Source: Candidatus Neomicrothrix sp. UBA4542 (GTDB taxonomy: Bacteria > Actinomycetota > Acidimicrobiia > Acidimicrobiales > Poriferisodalaceae). Taken from it: 64,000 nucleotides of DNA. Every line of letters begins with the position of its first letter. Positions within the stretch are counted from its first letter, which is position 1. A model generated the notes under the pieces. The model saw nothing but the letters and a program-made list of their open reading frames with translations, searched no databases and was not told the origin of the DNA. Where the stretch lies: NCBI GenBank assembly GCA_002388005.1, contig DGLO01000047.1, forward strand, positions 45,390-109,389, given 5' to 3'. Shown piece after piece: positions 56,179 to 64,000 of the stretch. The position numbers and the translations under genes are program-made.

Positions 56179-56750
56179 AGCCTGGAGGTCCAGTACCCGA
56201 GCTTCGTGTCCCGCTCGAGAGGCTTCAACGACTTGAGGCGTTGAGAACTTGGGAGGTCGTCGTCGAGGCATTCCGCGTTCAGGAGGGCGATGACCCACTG
56301 CGGGTTGGCGACGTTTCGGTGGCAACAGAGCAGACGGTGAGAGTTGAACTGATCTTGGATCAAGTTCGCGAGGGCGTAACAGCGACAGGAGTTGTCAGCA
56401 CCACCTGGACCGGCGAGTGTTCTCGATGTCTGCGACCGGTTGAAGGAACCGCGACCGCGGAAATTGAGGAGCTTTTTGAAGAAAATCCCAGCGAGGGAGA
56501 GTCCTACCCTCTTGATGAAGAGTTCATAGACCTTAAGCCAATGGTTCGAGAAGCGATTCTCTTGGAATTGCCCGTAGGTGTGGTTCGATGTGAGACCCAA
56601 GAAGAATGTTCACAATTATCGTCAGAACATTTAGGGACCTCAGAGGGTGACGAAGATCCCGAAAAGCCCGTTTCGCATGATCCGAGATGGGCACCGTTAG
56701 ACGCGCTGGTCTTTGAAAACGAGGAAGAACCCGAACGAGACCAGGAATAG
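56175..56750 (+). CDS. yceD: YceD/DUF177-family protein (large-subunit rRNA accumulation protein)
   Basis: CSRCLRPV motif and an acidic C-terminus. It holds the conserved position upstream of rpmF. Confidence 0.82.
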   Translation: MKPGGPVPELRVPLERLQRLEALRTWEVVVEAFRVQEGDDPLRVGDVSVATEQTVRVELILDQVREGVTATGVVSTTWTGECSRCLRPVEGTATAEIEELFEENPSEGESYPLDEEFIDLKPMVREAILLELPVGVVRCETQEECSQLSSEHLGTSEGDEDPEKPVSHDPRWAPLDALVFENEEEPERDQE

Positions 56751-56943
56751 GGGGGTTCTCTTCGGGTCTCTGCCGTAGGAGGTCGGTACTCGTCCGGGTA
56801 ACATCATGTATCTGTGTCGATGTGTCCGACACAATCCCGCGCCGCTGGCCGTCGTTGTACCTGTGTGAGGTCCACGGCACCACGTCGGCGCAAGTTCGCT
56901 CTACCCAATCCGAATACATTGGGTCCACTCCCTGAGGTCGACG

Positions 56944-57123
56944 ATGGCCGTCCCAAAGCAAAAGACTTCCAAGTCGAAAACACGTAGCCGGCGTGCCGCA
57001 GCGTGGAAACTTCGCTCCGCTCCGCATAGCTCTTGCCCGCGATGTTCTGAATCCAAATTGCCTCATCGCGTCTGCGGCAACTGCGGCTGGTACGCCGGTC
57101 GCCAGGCCATCGAAATCAACTAA
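56944..57123 (+). CDS. rpmF: 50S ribosomal protein L32 (zinc-ribbon C+ form)
   Basis: Hand translation: [59 protein letters not shown] (59 aa, below the track cutoff). GAGG lies 8 nt upstream. Confidence 0.93.
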   Translation: MAVPKQKTSKSKTRSRRAAAWKLRSAPHSSCPRCSESKLPHRVCGNCGWYAGRQAIEIN

Positions 57124-57140
57124 TCGGGCAGGCCGTACCC

Positions 57141-58109
57141 ATGCAGCCCATTGTCGTTGACGCCATGGGTGGCGACAACGCTCCCTCGGTCATAGTCGAA
57201 GGGGCTCGCGCAGCGATCGAGTTAGGTATCCGCGTTGAACTAGTTGGCGATCCCGCCCGAATAGAGAATGCCGGCGACATAGTGGTTCACAAGGCGCTCG
57301 AGGTTATAGGAATGGCAGATGAACCGGGCCGCGCAGTACGGACTTTGAAGGATTCATCGATCGTCCGAGCAGCTGAACGTGTTCGAGATGGACACGCTGG
57401 AGCGATGGTTAGTGCTGGAAATACCGGAGCCGTCGCAGCAGCTGCTCTATTGAGGATGAAGCGTCTACGAGGCGTCAACCGGCCGGCAATCGCCACAACG
57501 TTGCCGGTCCCCGGACGAACTCCCAAAATACTTCTCGATTCGGGAGCGATGGCAGATTGCCAACCCGGCTGGCTGCATCAATTTGCTCAAATGGGTTCAG
57601 CGTTTACTCAGGTGAGATACGAAGTGGACCAGCCGCGCGTCGGGTTGGTATCGATAGGAGAGGAACCAGAAAAAGGCAACCAGTTAGTGAAGGAAGCCCA
57701 TCAACTGTTGGCGGATGACTCCTCGCTTAACTTTGTCGGAAATGTAGAAGGACGCGATGTGCTCAGCGGCGATGTCGATGTGCTTGTCGCGGATGGATTT
57801 ACGGGGAACGTGATCCTCAAGACACTTGAAGGCACAATCAAGTTTCTGGTCGACCAGATAGTGACCGCCTTGACCGCCGAAGGCGCTGCTGAAATCGGCG
57901 CTCAAGCTCTAGGTCATCTAGCCCCCATAGCTGCCGAACTAAATCCAGACGCTGTTGGTGGAGCAATGCTTCTGGGAGTGAACGGTGTCGCCATCATCAG
58001 TCATGGATCCGCTAGCCCAACGGCCATCACCAACGCCTGCCAATTAGCTAAAGACATGGTGGATAGAAACTTGGTCGGCGAGCTCAGCGCAGCGGTCAGC
58101 GGCAACTGA
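57141..58109 (+). CDS. plsX: Phosphate acyltransferase PlsX
   Basis: IVVDAMGGDNAP, SAGNTGA, DGFTGNV and LLGVNG. Confidence 0.93.
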   Translation: MQPIVVDAMGGDNAPSVIVEGARAAIELGIRVELVGDPARIENAGDIVVHKALEVIGMADEPGRAVRTLKDSSIVRAAERVRDGHAGAMVSAGNTGAVAAAALLRMKRLRGVNRPAIATTLPVPGRTPKILLDSGAMADCQPGWLHQFAQMGSAFTQVRYEVDQPRVGLVSIGEEPEKGNQLVKEAHQLLADDSSLNFVGNVEGRDVLSGDVDVLVADGFTGNVILKTLEGTIKFLVDQIVTALTAEGAAEIGAQALGHLAPIAAELNPDAVGGAMLLGVNGVAIISHGSASPTAITNACQLAKDMVDRNLVGELSAAVSGN

Positions 58110-58227
58110 GACGAGCCGCAACACAACTTAGAGTGATAAAGCCCACGATAATTTACACGCAAAGTGGTAATTTTGCGTATCTGCTATGGTTACTCCCTGA
58201 CCACGCCCCAAGACGGTAGGAGTCTCT

Positions 58228-58518
58228 TTGCCGGCCGAAACACACGTTGAACAAAGTCAGCCAGACCGAAACAGTGTCTTCGAAATCATTCGTGACCAAC
58301 TGTCGGACATCCTCGAGATCGATCCGGGCCGAGTAACCGAAGCCTCTTCCTTCGTTGAAGACCTTGAAGCGGATTCACTCGCGCTGATTGAGCTAGTCGA
58401 AGGCCTAGAAGAGGAGCTATCAGAACGGACCGTCGGATTTCGAATCGAAGACGAAGACCTCGAAGATCTCAAGACCGTTCGTGACGCCATTGATTACGTA
58501 ATGGCCCGAATCAACTGA
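58228..58518 (+). CDS. acpP: Acyl carrier protein
   Basis: Phosphopantetheine attachment motif LEADSLALIELV. TTG start with GGTAGGAG upstream. Confidence 0.88.
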   Translation: MPAETHVEQSQPDRNSVFEIIRDQLSDILEIDPGRVTEASSFVEDLEADSLALIELVEGLEEELSERTVGFRIEDEDLEDLKTVRDAIDYVMARIN

Positions 58519-58519
58519 C

Positions 58520-59284
58520 GTGATTGAAACCAGACCAGCACTGCAGTTACTCGCCCGAAGAATCGGCTATTCCTTCAAAGACCTGGATCTCTTAGATCTG
58601 GCCGTATCACACCGAAGTTGGTGCGCAGAACACGATGACGCACCCTCGAATGAACGACTTGAGCTGCTAGGAGACGCGGTACTCGGACATTGCGTGGCCG
58701 CCTATCTCTATCGGGAGTATCCAGGATGGAGCGAAGGCGATCTTGCCCAAGCGAGATCCGCCATAGTTAACGCGTCAGCCCTCGCAGAAGTGGCCGATCG
58801 TTACGGGATCGGCGAAGCTTTGCTCCTCGGGGTTGGCGAGGACCGTTCAGGTGGGCGAGAGAAAGTTTCTCTTCTCGGCGATGCCTTCGAGGCTTTGCTT
58901 GGAGCCATTTACCTTGACGGTGGAATGGAAGTAGCCGAACGTATCGCTCTTGAGGCCCTGTCCGACCGAATCGCAGATGTCGCCGTTGACCCAAGCGTCG
59001 CAGACGTAAAAACCCGATTACAGGAATTCGTTGTTCGCGCCTACGGCGACTCTCCCCAGTACACGGTGACTGATAGCGGCCCCGATCACGACAAGTGTTT
59101 TGCCGCGGAGGTTTCCTTTGCGGGCGCCGTCCGAGGTAAGGGCCAAGGAACCTCAAAGAAACAAGCAGAGCAGGCCGCGGCAACTCACGCCTGGCTAGAA
59201 CACGAACTCTCAGAATACCCCGACCATTCCCCCTCTCCGACTACGCAAGGAAAAACCAAGAATGCTGGAACTCCCCGAGCTTGA
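58520..59284 (+). CDS. rnc: Ribonuclease III
   Basis: Signature NERLELLGDAVLG and a C-terminal dsRBD (GPDHDKCF...GKGQGTSKKQAEQAAA). Confidence 0.93.
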   Translation: MIETRPALQLLARRIGYSFKDLDLLDLAVSHRSWCAEHDDAPSNERLELLGDAVLGHCVAAYLYREYPGWSEGDLAQARSAIVNASALAEVADRYGIGEALLLGVGEDRSGGREKVSLLGDAFEALLGAIYLDGGMEVAERIALEALSDRIADVAVDPSVADVKTRLQEFVVRAYGDSPQYTVTDSGPDHDKCFAAEVSFAGAVRGKGQGTSKKQAEQAAATHAWLEHELSEYPDHSPSPTTQGKTKNAGTPRA

Positions 59285-60092
59285 GACCGCCCGCCGCGAC
59301 CTAGATAGGGAAATCGGCGGCTTGAAAATCAAACAAATAGACATCATCGGTCCCAAACGGATGATCCCGGGCCAGGCAAACAAGACGTCCCTCACCAAAG
59401 CGTTGGCTGGCTCCAAGATCTCCAACGTCAAACGCGTTGGCATGTTGCTCTGCCTTGGTGTCGGAAAGGAGCAGGCGTTGGTGATTGACCTTGGATCCGG
59501 CGGATCTCTACGAAGGGCCGCGAACAAAGACCAGGTCGACGCCAGCACTCAAGCGGTCATTGGATTTACCCAAAAAGGCCAGCTTCGACTGCTTGATAGT
59601 GACAAAGAGTCAACCATTACTTTGGTCGATCATGACGCAATAACGGAGACCTTCCCCCAAATAGCAGAGCTTGGTTTTGACCCAGTCGAACAACCGATTT
59701 CGTGGACTAATTTTGGCCATCGGCTATTAGCTCGCGACAAGAAGTTGAGACCCCTATTAATGGATTCTTCGTTCATCATCGGATTGGGCCCTGTATACAG
59801 CGACGAAATCCTCCACGCGGCGTTATTACGACACGACAGAATCGCGAATCAGCTGATAACACAAGAGATCCGACGGCTGTATCGCGCGATTGTCGAAACT
59901 GTGCACAACGCGGTGAAACACCGTGGCGCGAGCATCGCCGGTACATGCGATGTTTTCGGTGAACCGGGCGGGTACAACGAATATCTCGAAGTCTTCGGTC
60001 GGGCTGGTGAACGAAGCAGGAACGGGCGTGGCGATGTTCGAACCGCCCGCGTAGGTGGCTCCACACACTACTACTGCGATTACCAGGTCTGA
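59262..60092 (+). CDS. Fpg/MutM-family (H2TH) DNA glycosylase homologue with degenerate catalytic and zinc-finger residues
   Basis: The N-terminus MLELPELE aligns with canonical MPELPEVE. The H2TH region is LLMDSSFIIGLGPVYSDEIL. The C-terminus ERSRNGR...STHYYCDYQV aligns with the Zn finger but keeps only 1 of 4 Cys. It holds the syntenic position after rnc. Confidence 0.8.
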   Translation: MLELPELETARRDLDREIGGLKIKQIDIIGPKRMIPGQANKTSLTKALAGSKISNVKRVGMLLCLGVGKEQALVIDLGSGGSLRRAANKDQVDASTQAVIGFTQKGQLRLLDSDKESTITLVDHDAITETFPQIAELGFDPVEQPISWTNFGHRLLARDKKLRPLLMDSSFIIGLGPVYSDEILHAALLRHDRIANQLITQEIRRLYRAIVETVHNAVKHRGASIAGTCDVFGEPGGYNEYLEVFGRAGERSRNGRGDVRTARVGGSTHYYCDYQV

Positions 60093-60220
60093 TTCGTTCT
60101 ACTTTCGCGCAAGACAAATACCCCCTTGAGGGTCAACCAACTGGAGCTAACCAGAGGGCATGATGTCGGAGTACCGCCGTGATCGGGGGTGCCCGTCGTT
60201 CTCCGGATAGGTCATAAATA

Positions 60221-63200
60221 GTGTTTCTTAAGTCACTTACCATGAAGGGTTTCAAATCTTTCGCTGACCCGACAGTGCTTGAATTCGAACCAGGAGTAAC
60301 GGTTGTCGTAGGTCCAAACGGCAGCGGGAAGTCCAATGTCGTTGATGCCGTGGCTTGGGTCCTAGGCGCTCAGGGACCGACAACGGTGAGATCAGGAAAA
60401 ATGGAGGACGTGGTGTTTGCCGGCACCCCTGATCGACCGGCCCTTGGGCGAGCTGAAGTCAGCCTTGTTATTGATAATTCCGCAGGCTCTTTACCAATTG
60501 AATTCACCGAAATCACAGTTACTCGGACTCTTTATCGATCAGGTGATTCCGAATATTCAATGAACGGTGTGCCCTGCCGGTTGCTTGATATCCAGGAACT
60601 CCTCAGCGACGCGGGGGTTGGTCGTCAACAACACGTCATTGTCGCTCAGGGACAGATAGACCAGGTTCTCAACGCACGTCCGGAAGATCGCCGCACCATT
60701 GTTGAAGAGGCAGCCGGGATTCTCAAGTTTCGACGACGAAAGGAGCGAGCAGAACGGCGGCTTGCCGCCACCGAAGCCAACATGACGCGTCTGCGGGACC
60801 TGCAAAGAGAAGTTCGCCGGCAACTACGCCCCCTGGAGAAGCAGGCTGACGCGGCAAAACGCCACGGGGCTGTGGCCGAAGAGCTCCGAACACTCCGGCT
60901 ATACCTCACTGGAAAGAAGTTGAGAGCCCTTGAGACCGCACAATCTTCAGCAAAAGGCGAGAGTCGAGAGTTAAAAGAAGAACAGGTCCGCCTGCGTGCC
61001 GAACTTGGAGAACTCGATATAGAGATCGGTGCCTCGGAAGCCCAACTGGCCGCAGCGGGAGATCAGGGTTTAGATCTGCTGCCTCGTACGGAGTCGCTTC
61101 GCGAGAGATGCCGCGGCCTAATCGCTTTGATCGATGAGCGCTCCAGAACGACAAAGCGAGATCGTGCAGCAGTCGTAGCCGAAGATGTCGCTCTCACGCT
61201 TGAAGAGGAACTAGCGAGGCTTGCGAGTGAACTGCAAGCTCTAGATACCCGCGGCGGCATGATTGAGCATCGGCTAGAAGAACTTGCCGTAGCTGAGACT
61301 CGACTCGAGGCCCAGGGTCTTGCACTGGATGACGGACCGCCGATTGTGGAACTCAATGCGGCAAAACGAGCAGCCAAGATCAAAGGGGAACTAGGTCCCC
61401 TGAGAACTGGTTTAGAAAGAGTGGAAGCTCAAAAGGACGGTCTAGCGAAGCGCACGGCACAAGTCCTTAGTCAAATTACTGACGCCGAAGAACGCCTCAA
61501 TCAACTTCAGGCAACACTACGTTTGGCCTCCGGCGCGGAAGCTGAGCTAGTCCGACTAGTTGATGAGGGCCAGAAAGATGTAGACGAGGCGGTAGCCGTA
61601 TCTGATGACCTGGTTCTAGAACAACAATCTGCACTGAAAGAGGAAGGAACTTGGAAAGCAAGAGCGGAAGCCCTCGAGTTGGCGATCGAGGATGCTAGAG
61701 CGCGTTCCGGATTACAGAAGCTAGAGGAAATTGAGGGAGTTCTCGGCGTTCTCGGAGAACTCATTCAAATCGAATCGGGCTGGGAACCGGCGGTGGAAGC
61801 AGCCATAGGAGGAGCCCTCGCTTCGGTTGTAGTCGAAGACGTCCAAACAGCCCGCATAGCGTTGCAACGGCTTCGAGAGTCTGATTCAGCTGGGTCGATT
61901 TTGGCTTTACAAATCCCCACCGCTCCGGTCACGTTTCCGACACATGGTGAACCTCTGCGCAATCGCGTCTCCACTAGGCGCTCTGGCGTAGCTCCTTTAC
62001 TCGACGCGCTCTTAGAAGGCGCCGTATGCGTGAGTGGCGGCTGGTCCGAAGCTATTGATCTTGCGATCGAACAACCTGGGTTGACTGTCGTTACCAATAC
62101 AGGTGAATGCTGCGGGCCCAATGGGTGGAGTGTCGGATCAGGCGGAAACGCCGCCACTGCGATGGCACTAAAGGATGCCAAAGTCCGAGTTCAAGAAGCC
62201 ACAGCCCGACGCGAGGCAACAGAGACAGAATGCTCAGTGGCCGAGTCAAGGCAGCGAGAAGCTCGATATAGCTTGAAAACCGCTGTGCTTGAACTCGAAA
62301 CGAACGATGACTTATTGACCCGCTTATCGGATGCCATCGAAAAGATCCAACGCGACTGGCGCACCCTCGCTGAGGAGCGCCAGTCGTTGCAAACACGTAC
62401 CGCTGATCTCGACGAAACGTTGGACCGCGATCGTCCCAGAATTCTGGATCTCGAGGAACAGCTTGTTGAGTTCGAAGCAGCGGAAGCCCTTGAACGGTCT
62501 GCGATGACAGATGCCCACACGAAGCGGCGCGACCTAGATGATGAGATGCGAACCACCGCGACGCAACGAGCGGAACTCGAAGCCAGCGCTAGCCTCCTTA
62601 GCGAACAAAAGGCACAAGTCGAAACACGCCACAGTGCGATAACGACGCAGTTACAAACTAATGATGGCGAACGAGCAGGGAGTTCTGATCGGCTTCGTCA
62701 AGCCGAACTCACGGTTTCAACGCTAGAGCGCTTGCGGGAATTGCTGCAGGCACGACTGAATTCCTTAGAGCAAGAAGTCGATCAACTACGCCAACGACGT
62801 TCACAGATTTCGACCGAAGTTCGATCAGTAGCAGAACGGCTGGAGCTTCTTCGTGGAGAGCGTACCGCTGTCGAAAAACGATCGGCTGAAGTTCGAGAAC
62901 TCGCGTCTGCAGGAGAAATCGCTGACACCGAACGACGATTCAAACTCGACAGTTTGCGTGAACTATTACGCAATGAACTCGCGGCAGACCCGCACGAAGC
63001 AATGACGGCGCCCGAACCTCAACTCAACGAGGCCGACACGCCCGCGTCGAGGGCGCGGGAACTCGAGGGTGATTTGCGTCGCATGGGGCCCATCAACCCG
63101 CTTGCCCTGCAAGAATATGAAGCACTCAAGGAACGTCACGACTTCGTAGCAGAACAATTGGAAGACGTGCGCAGCGGCCGGCGCGAATTGAACAAAGTTA

Positions 63201-63679
63201 TTGCCGCGGTAGACGTGGAGATTGTGCAGGTGTTCTCGTCAGCGTTTGCCGACGTAGCCGAAAACTTTGAGCAAATATTTTCTACGCTATTTCCCGGTGG
63301 AGAAGGCCGGCTCAAACTCACTGACCCTAGCGAGATGCTGGAAACTGGGATTGAGTTAGAAGCGAGACCCTCGGGTAAGAACGTACGGAAACTTTCCCTT
63401 CTGTCAGGGGGAGAGAGAGCTTTAACCGCCCTGGCGTTTCTATTCGCGATTTTCCGAAGTCGGCCGTCGCCGTTCTATGTCATGGACGAGGTTGAAGCCG
63501 CGCTGGACGACATCAACTTGCACCGATTCCTTGATCTCGTCTCGGAGTTTCGCCGAGAGGCGCAACTCGTGATCGTAACTCACCAGAAGCGCACCATGGA
63601 AGCAGCGGATGTCTTATACGGAGTCTCAATGGCGCCGGCAGGTTCATCCCGGGTATTGAGCGAAAAAGTGGCGACATAG
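60221..63679 (+). CDS. smc: Chromosome segregation protein SMC
   Basis: Walker A GPNGSGKSN, long coiled coils flanking a hinge, signature LSGGERALTALAF, and Walker B FYVMDEVEAALD. GTG start. Confidence 0.95.
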   Translation: MFLKSLTMKGFKSFADPTVLEFEPGVTVVVGPNGSGKSNVVDAVAWVLGAQGPTTVRSGKMEDVVFAGTPDRPALGRAEVSLVIDNSAGSLPIEFTEITVTRTLYRSGDSEYSMNGVPCRLLDIQELLSDAGVGRQQHVIVAQGQIDQVLNARPEDRRTIVEEAAGILKFRRRKERAERRLAATEANMTRLRDLQREVRRQLRPLEKQADAAKRHGAVAEELRTLRLYLTGKKLRALETAQSSAKGESRELKEEQVRLRAELGELDIEIGASEAQLAAAGDQGLDLLPRTESLRERCRGLIALIDERSRTTKRDRAAVVAEDVALTLEEELARLASELQALDTRGGMIEHRLEELAVAETRLEAQGLALDDGPPIVELNAAKRAAKIKGELGPLRTGLERVEAQKDGLAKRTAQVLSQITDAEERLNQLQATLRLASGAEAELVRLVDEGQKDVDEAVAVSDDLVLEQQSALKEEGTWKARAEALELAIEDARARSGLQKLEEIEGVLGVLGELIQIESGWEPAVEAAIGGALASVVVEDVQTARIALQRLRESDSAGSILALQIPTAPVTFPTHGEPLRNRVSTRRSGVAPLLDALLEGAVCVSGGWSEAIDLAIEQPGLTVVTNTGECCGPNGWSVGSGGNAATAMALKDAKVRVQEATARREATETECSVAESRQREARYSLKTAVLELETNDDLLTRLSDAIEKIQRDWRTLAEERQSLQTRTADLDETLDRDRPRILDLEEQLVEFEAAEALERSAMTDAHTKRRDLDDEMRTTATQRAELEASASLLSEQKAQVETRHSAITTQLQTNDGERAGSSDRLRQAELTVSTLERLRELLQARLNSLEQEVDQLRQRRSQISTEVRSVAERLELLRGERTAVEKRSAEVRELASAGEIADTERRFKLDSLRELLRNELAADPHEAMTAPEPQLNEADTPASRARELEGDLRRMGPINPLALQEYEALKERHDFVAEQLEDVRSGRRELNKVIAAVDVEIVQVFSSAFADVAENFEQIFSTLFPGGEGRLKLTDPSEMLETGIELEARPSGKNVRKLSLLSGGERALTALAFLFAIFRSRPSPFYVMDEVEAALDDINLHRFLDLVSEFRREAQLVIVTHQKRTMEAADVLYGVSMAPAGSSRVLSEKVAT

Positions 63680-63726
63680 GCCGAGCGTCTCTCCGTCCGC
63701 AATCTGCTCTGTAGGATCCCGACAAC

Positions 63727-64000
63727 GTGAACGCGACTCTGCTCATCATCTTCTTAGCTGCCATGGTTTCATTGGCACTTCTGCCCTGGGTGCATCGCCA
63801 GTGGACCACCCGCCGTGGGACGCCGAGAGATTCCCGGCCGAGAGCACCGTCGGAAAGTACCGAGAGCTCTTTTCGACAAGATGGCGGTCTTGGCGACGAC
63901 TCAAGGGAAGAACCTCACCGAGATCTTTCGCCGCCAAGCTCTTCGGCCATGAGAAGGAAGCTCTCCAAGGCACGAGGGCTGATCTCGGACCGACTTCGGG
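63727..64000 (+). CDS. ftsY: Signal-recognition-particle receptor FtsY, N-terminal part (runs off the window)
   Basis: GTG start, an N-terminal TM helix (LLIIFLAAMVSLALLPWV), then the MRRKLSKARGLISDRL pattern typical of the FtsY A/N junction. It holds the syntenic position after smc. Confidence 0.55.
   Translation, partial: MNATLLIIFLAAMVSLALLPWVHRQWTTRRGTPRDSRPRAPSESTESSFRQDGGLGDDSREEPHRDLSPPSSSAMRRKLSKARGLISDRLR

Noticed and set aside
56007-57066. Two long minus-strand ORFs (56007..56600, 197 aa; 56533..57066, 177 aa)
   Set aside because: They are antisense to yceD, the coiled-coil gene and rpmF. The unmistakable L32 sequence is on the plus strand. Neither ORF has a recognisable domain.
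1-64000. tRNA, rRNA, tmRNA or riboswitches in the intergenic gaps
   Set aside because: Reading the larger gaps showed no T-arm (GGTTCGAATCC-like) context with acceptor-stem pairing. I recognised no conserved riboswitch core (cobalamin, SAM, TPP or ydaO patterns). The gaps read were 7376-7586, 26540-26704, 28789-29054, 33780-33914, 38533-38733, 41940-42098, 47538-47876, 56751-56943 and 58110-58227. A covariance-model scan is still needed for certainty.

Overview
This is a 64-kb, densely packed chromosomal window. The sequence looks moderately GC-rich by eye (not computed). Gene content points to Actinomycetota: NucS instead of MutS/L, a mycothiol-type DinB protein, two F420-type LLM oxidoreductases, and a DAK2-recG-rsmD-coaD-yceD-rpmF-plsX-acpP-rnc-fpg-smc-ftsY backbone that mirrors mycobacterial synteny. 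An Acidimicrobiia-like lineage is plausible, but that is inference only.

I can support about 66 protein-coding genes. Three of them are absent from the supplied ORF track: rpmF, a 52-aa zinc-ribbon ORF, and a partial ftsY. I recognised no rRNA, tRNA, CRISPR array, transposase or integrase.

- **Left third:** CoA-ester, lipid and redox enzymes (NMO, SDRs, hotdog dehydratases, LLM oxidoreductases, crotonases), plus msrA, mug, map and two LysM lipoproteins.
- **Middle:** a MoxR-type AAA+/VWA pair, coaA, VanW, nucS, hydrolases, a general amino-acid ABC transporter, ettA, xthA and a UvrD2-like helicase.
- **Right third:** pckG and the conserved recG-to-ftsY housekeeping block.

I see no clear mobile or defence island and no convincing multi-gene novel system. 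The signals most worth a second look are:

1. A very dense TTCGCGCG palindrome array with a 17-bp perfect hairpin (38589-38734). It lies directly upstream of an 80-aa basic protein carrying a PARP-type CCHC zinc-finger signature.
2. A translationally coupled AAA+/VWA 'metallopeptidase-like' pair whose HExxH glutamate is replaced by glutamine.
3. An Fpg/MutM homologue that has lost its catalytic Pro2, its Lys, and 3 of 4 zinc ligands.
4. The unlisted 52-aa CxxC...CxxC ORF between recG and rsmD.
5. A start-less DUF4145-like relic.

All family assignments come from reading motifs by eye. No database search was run.
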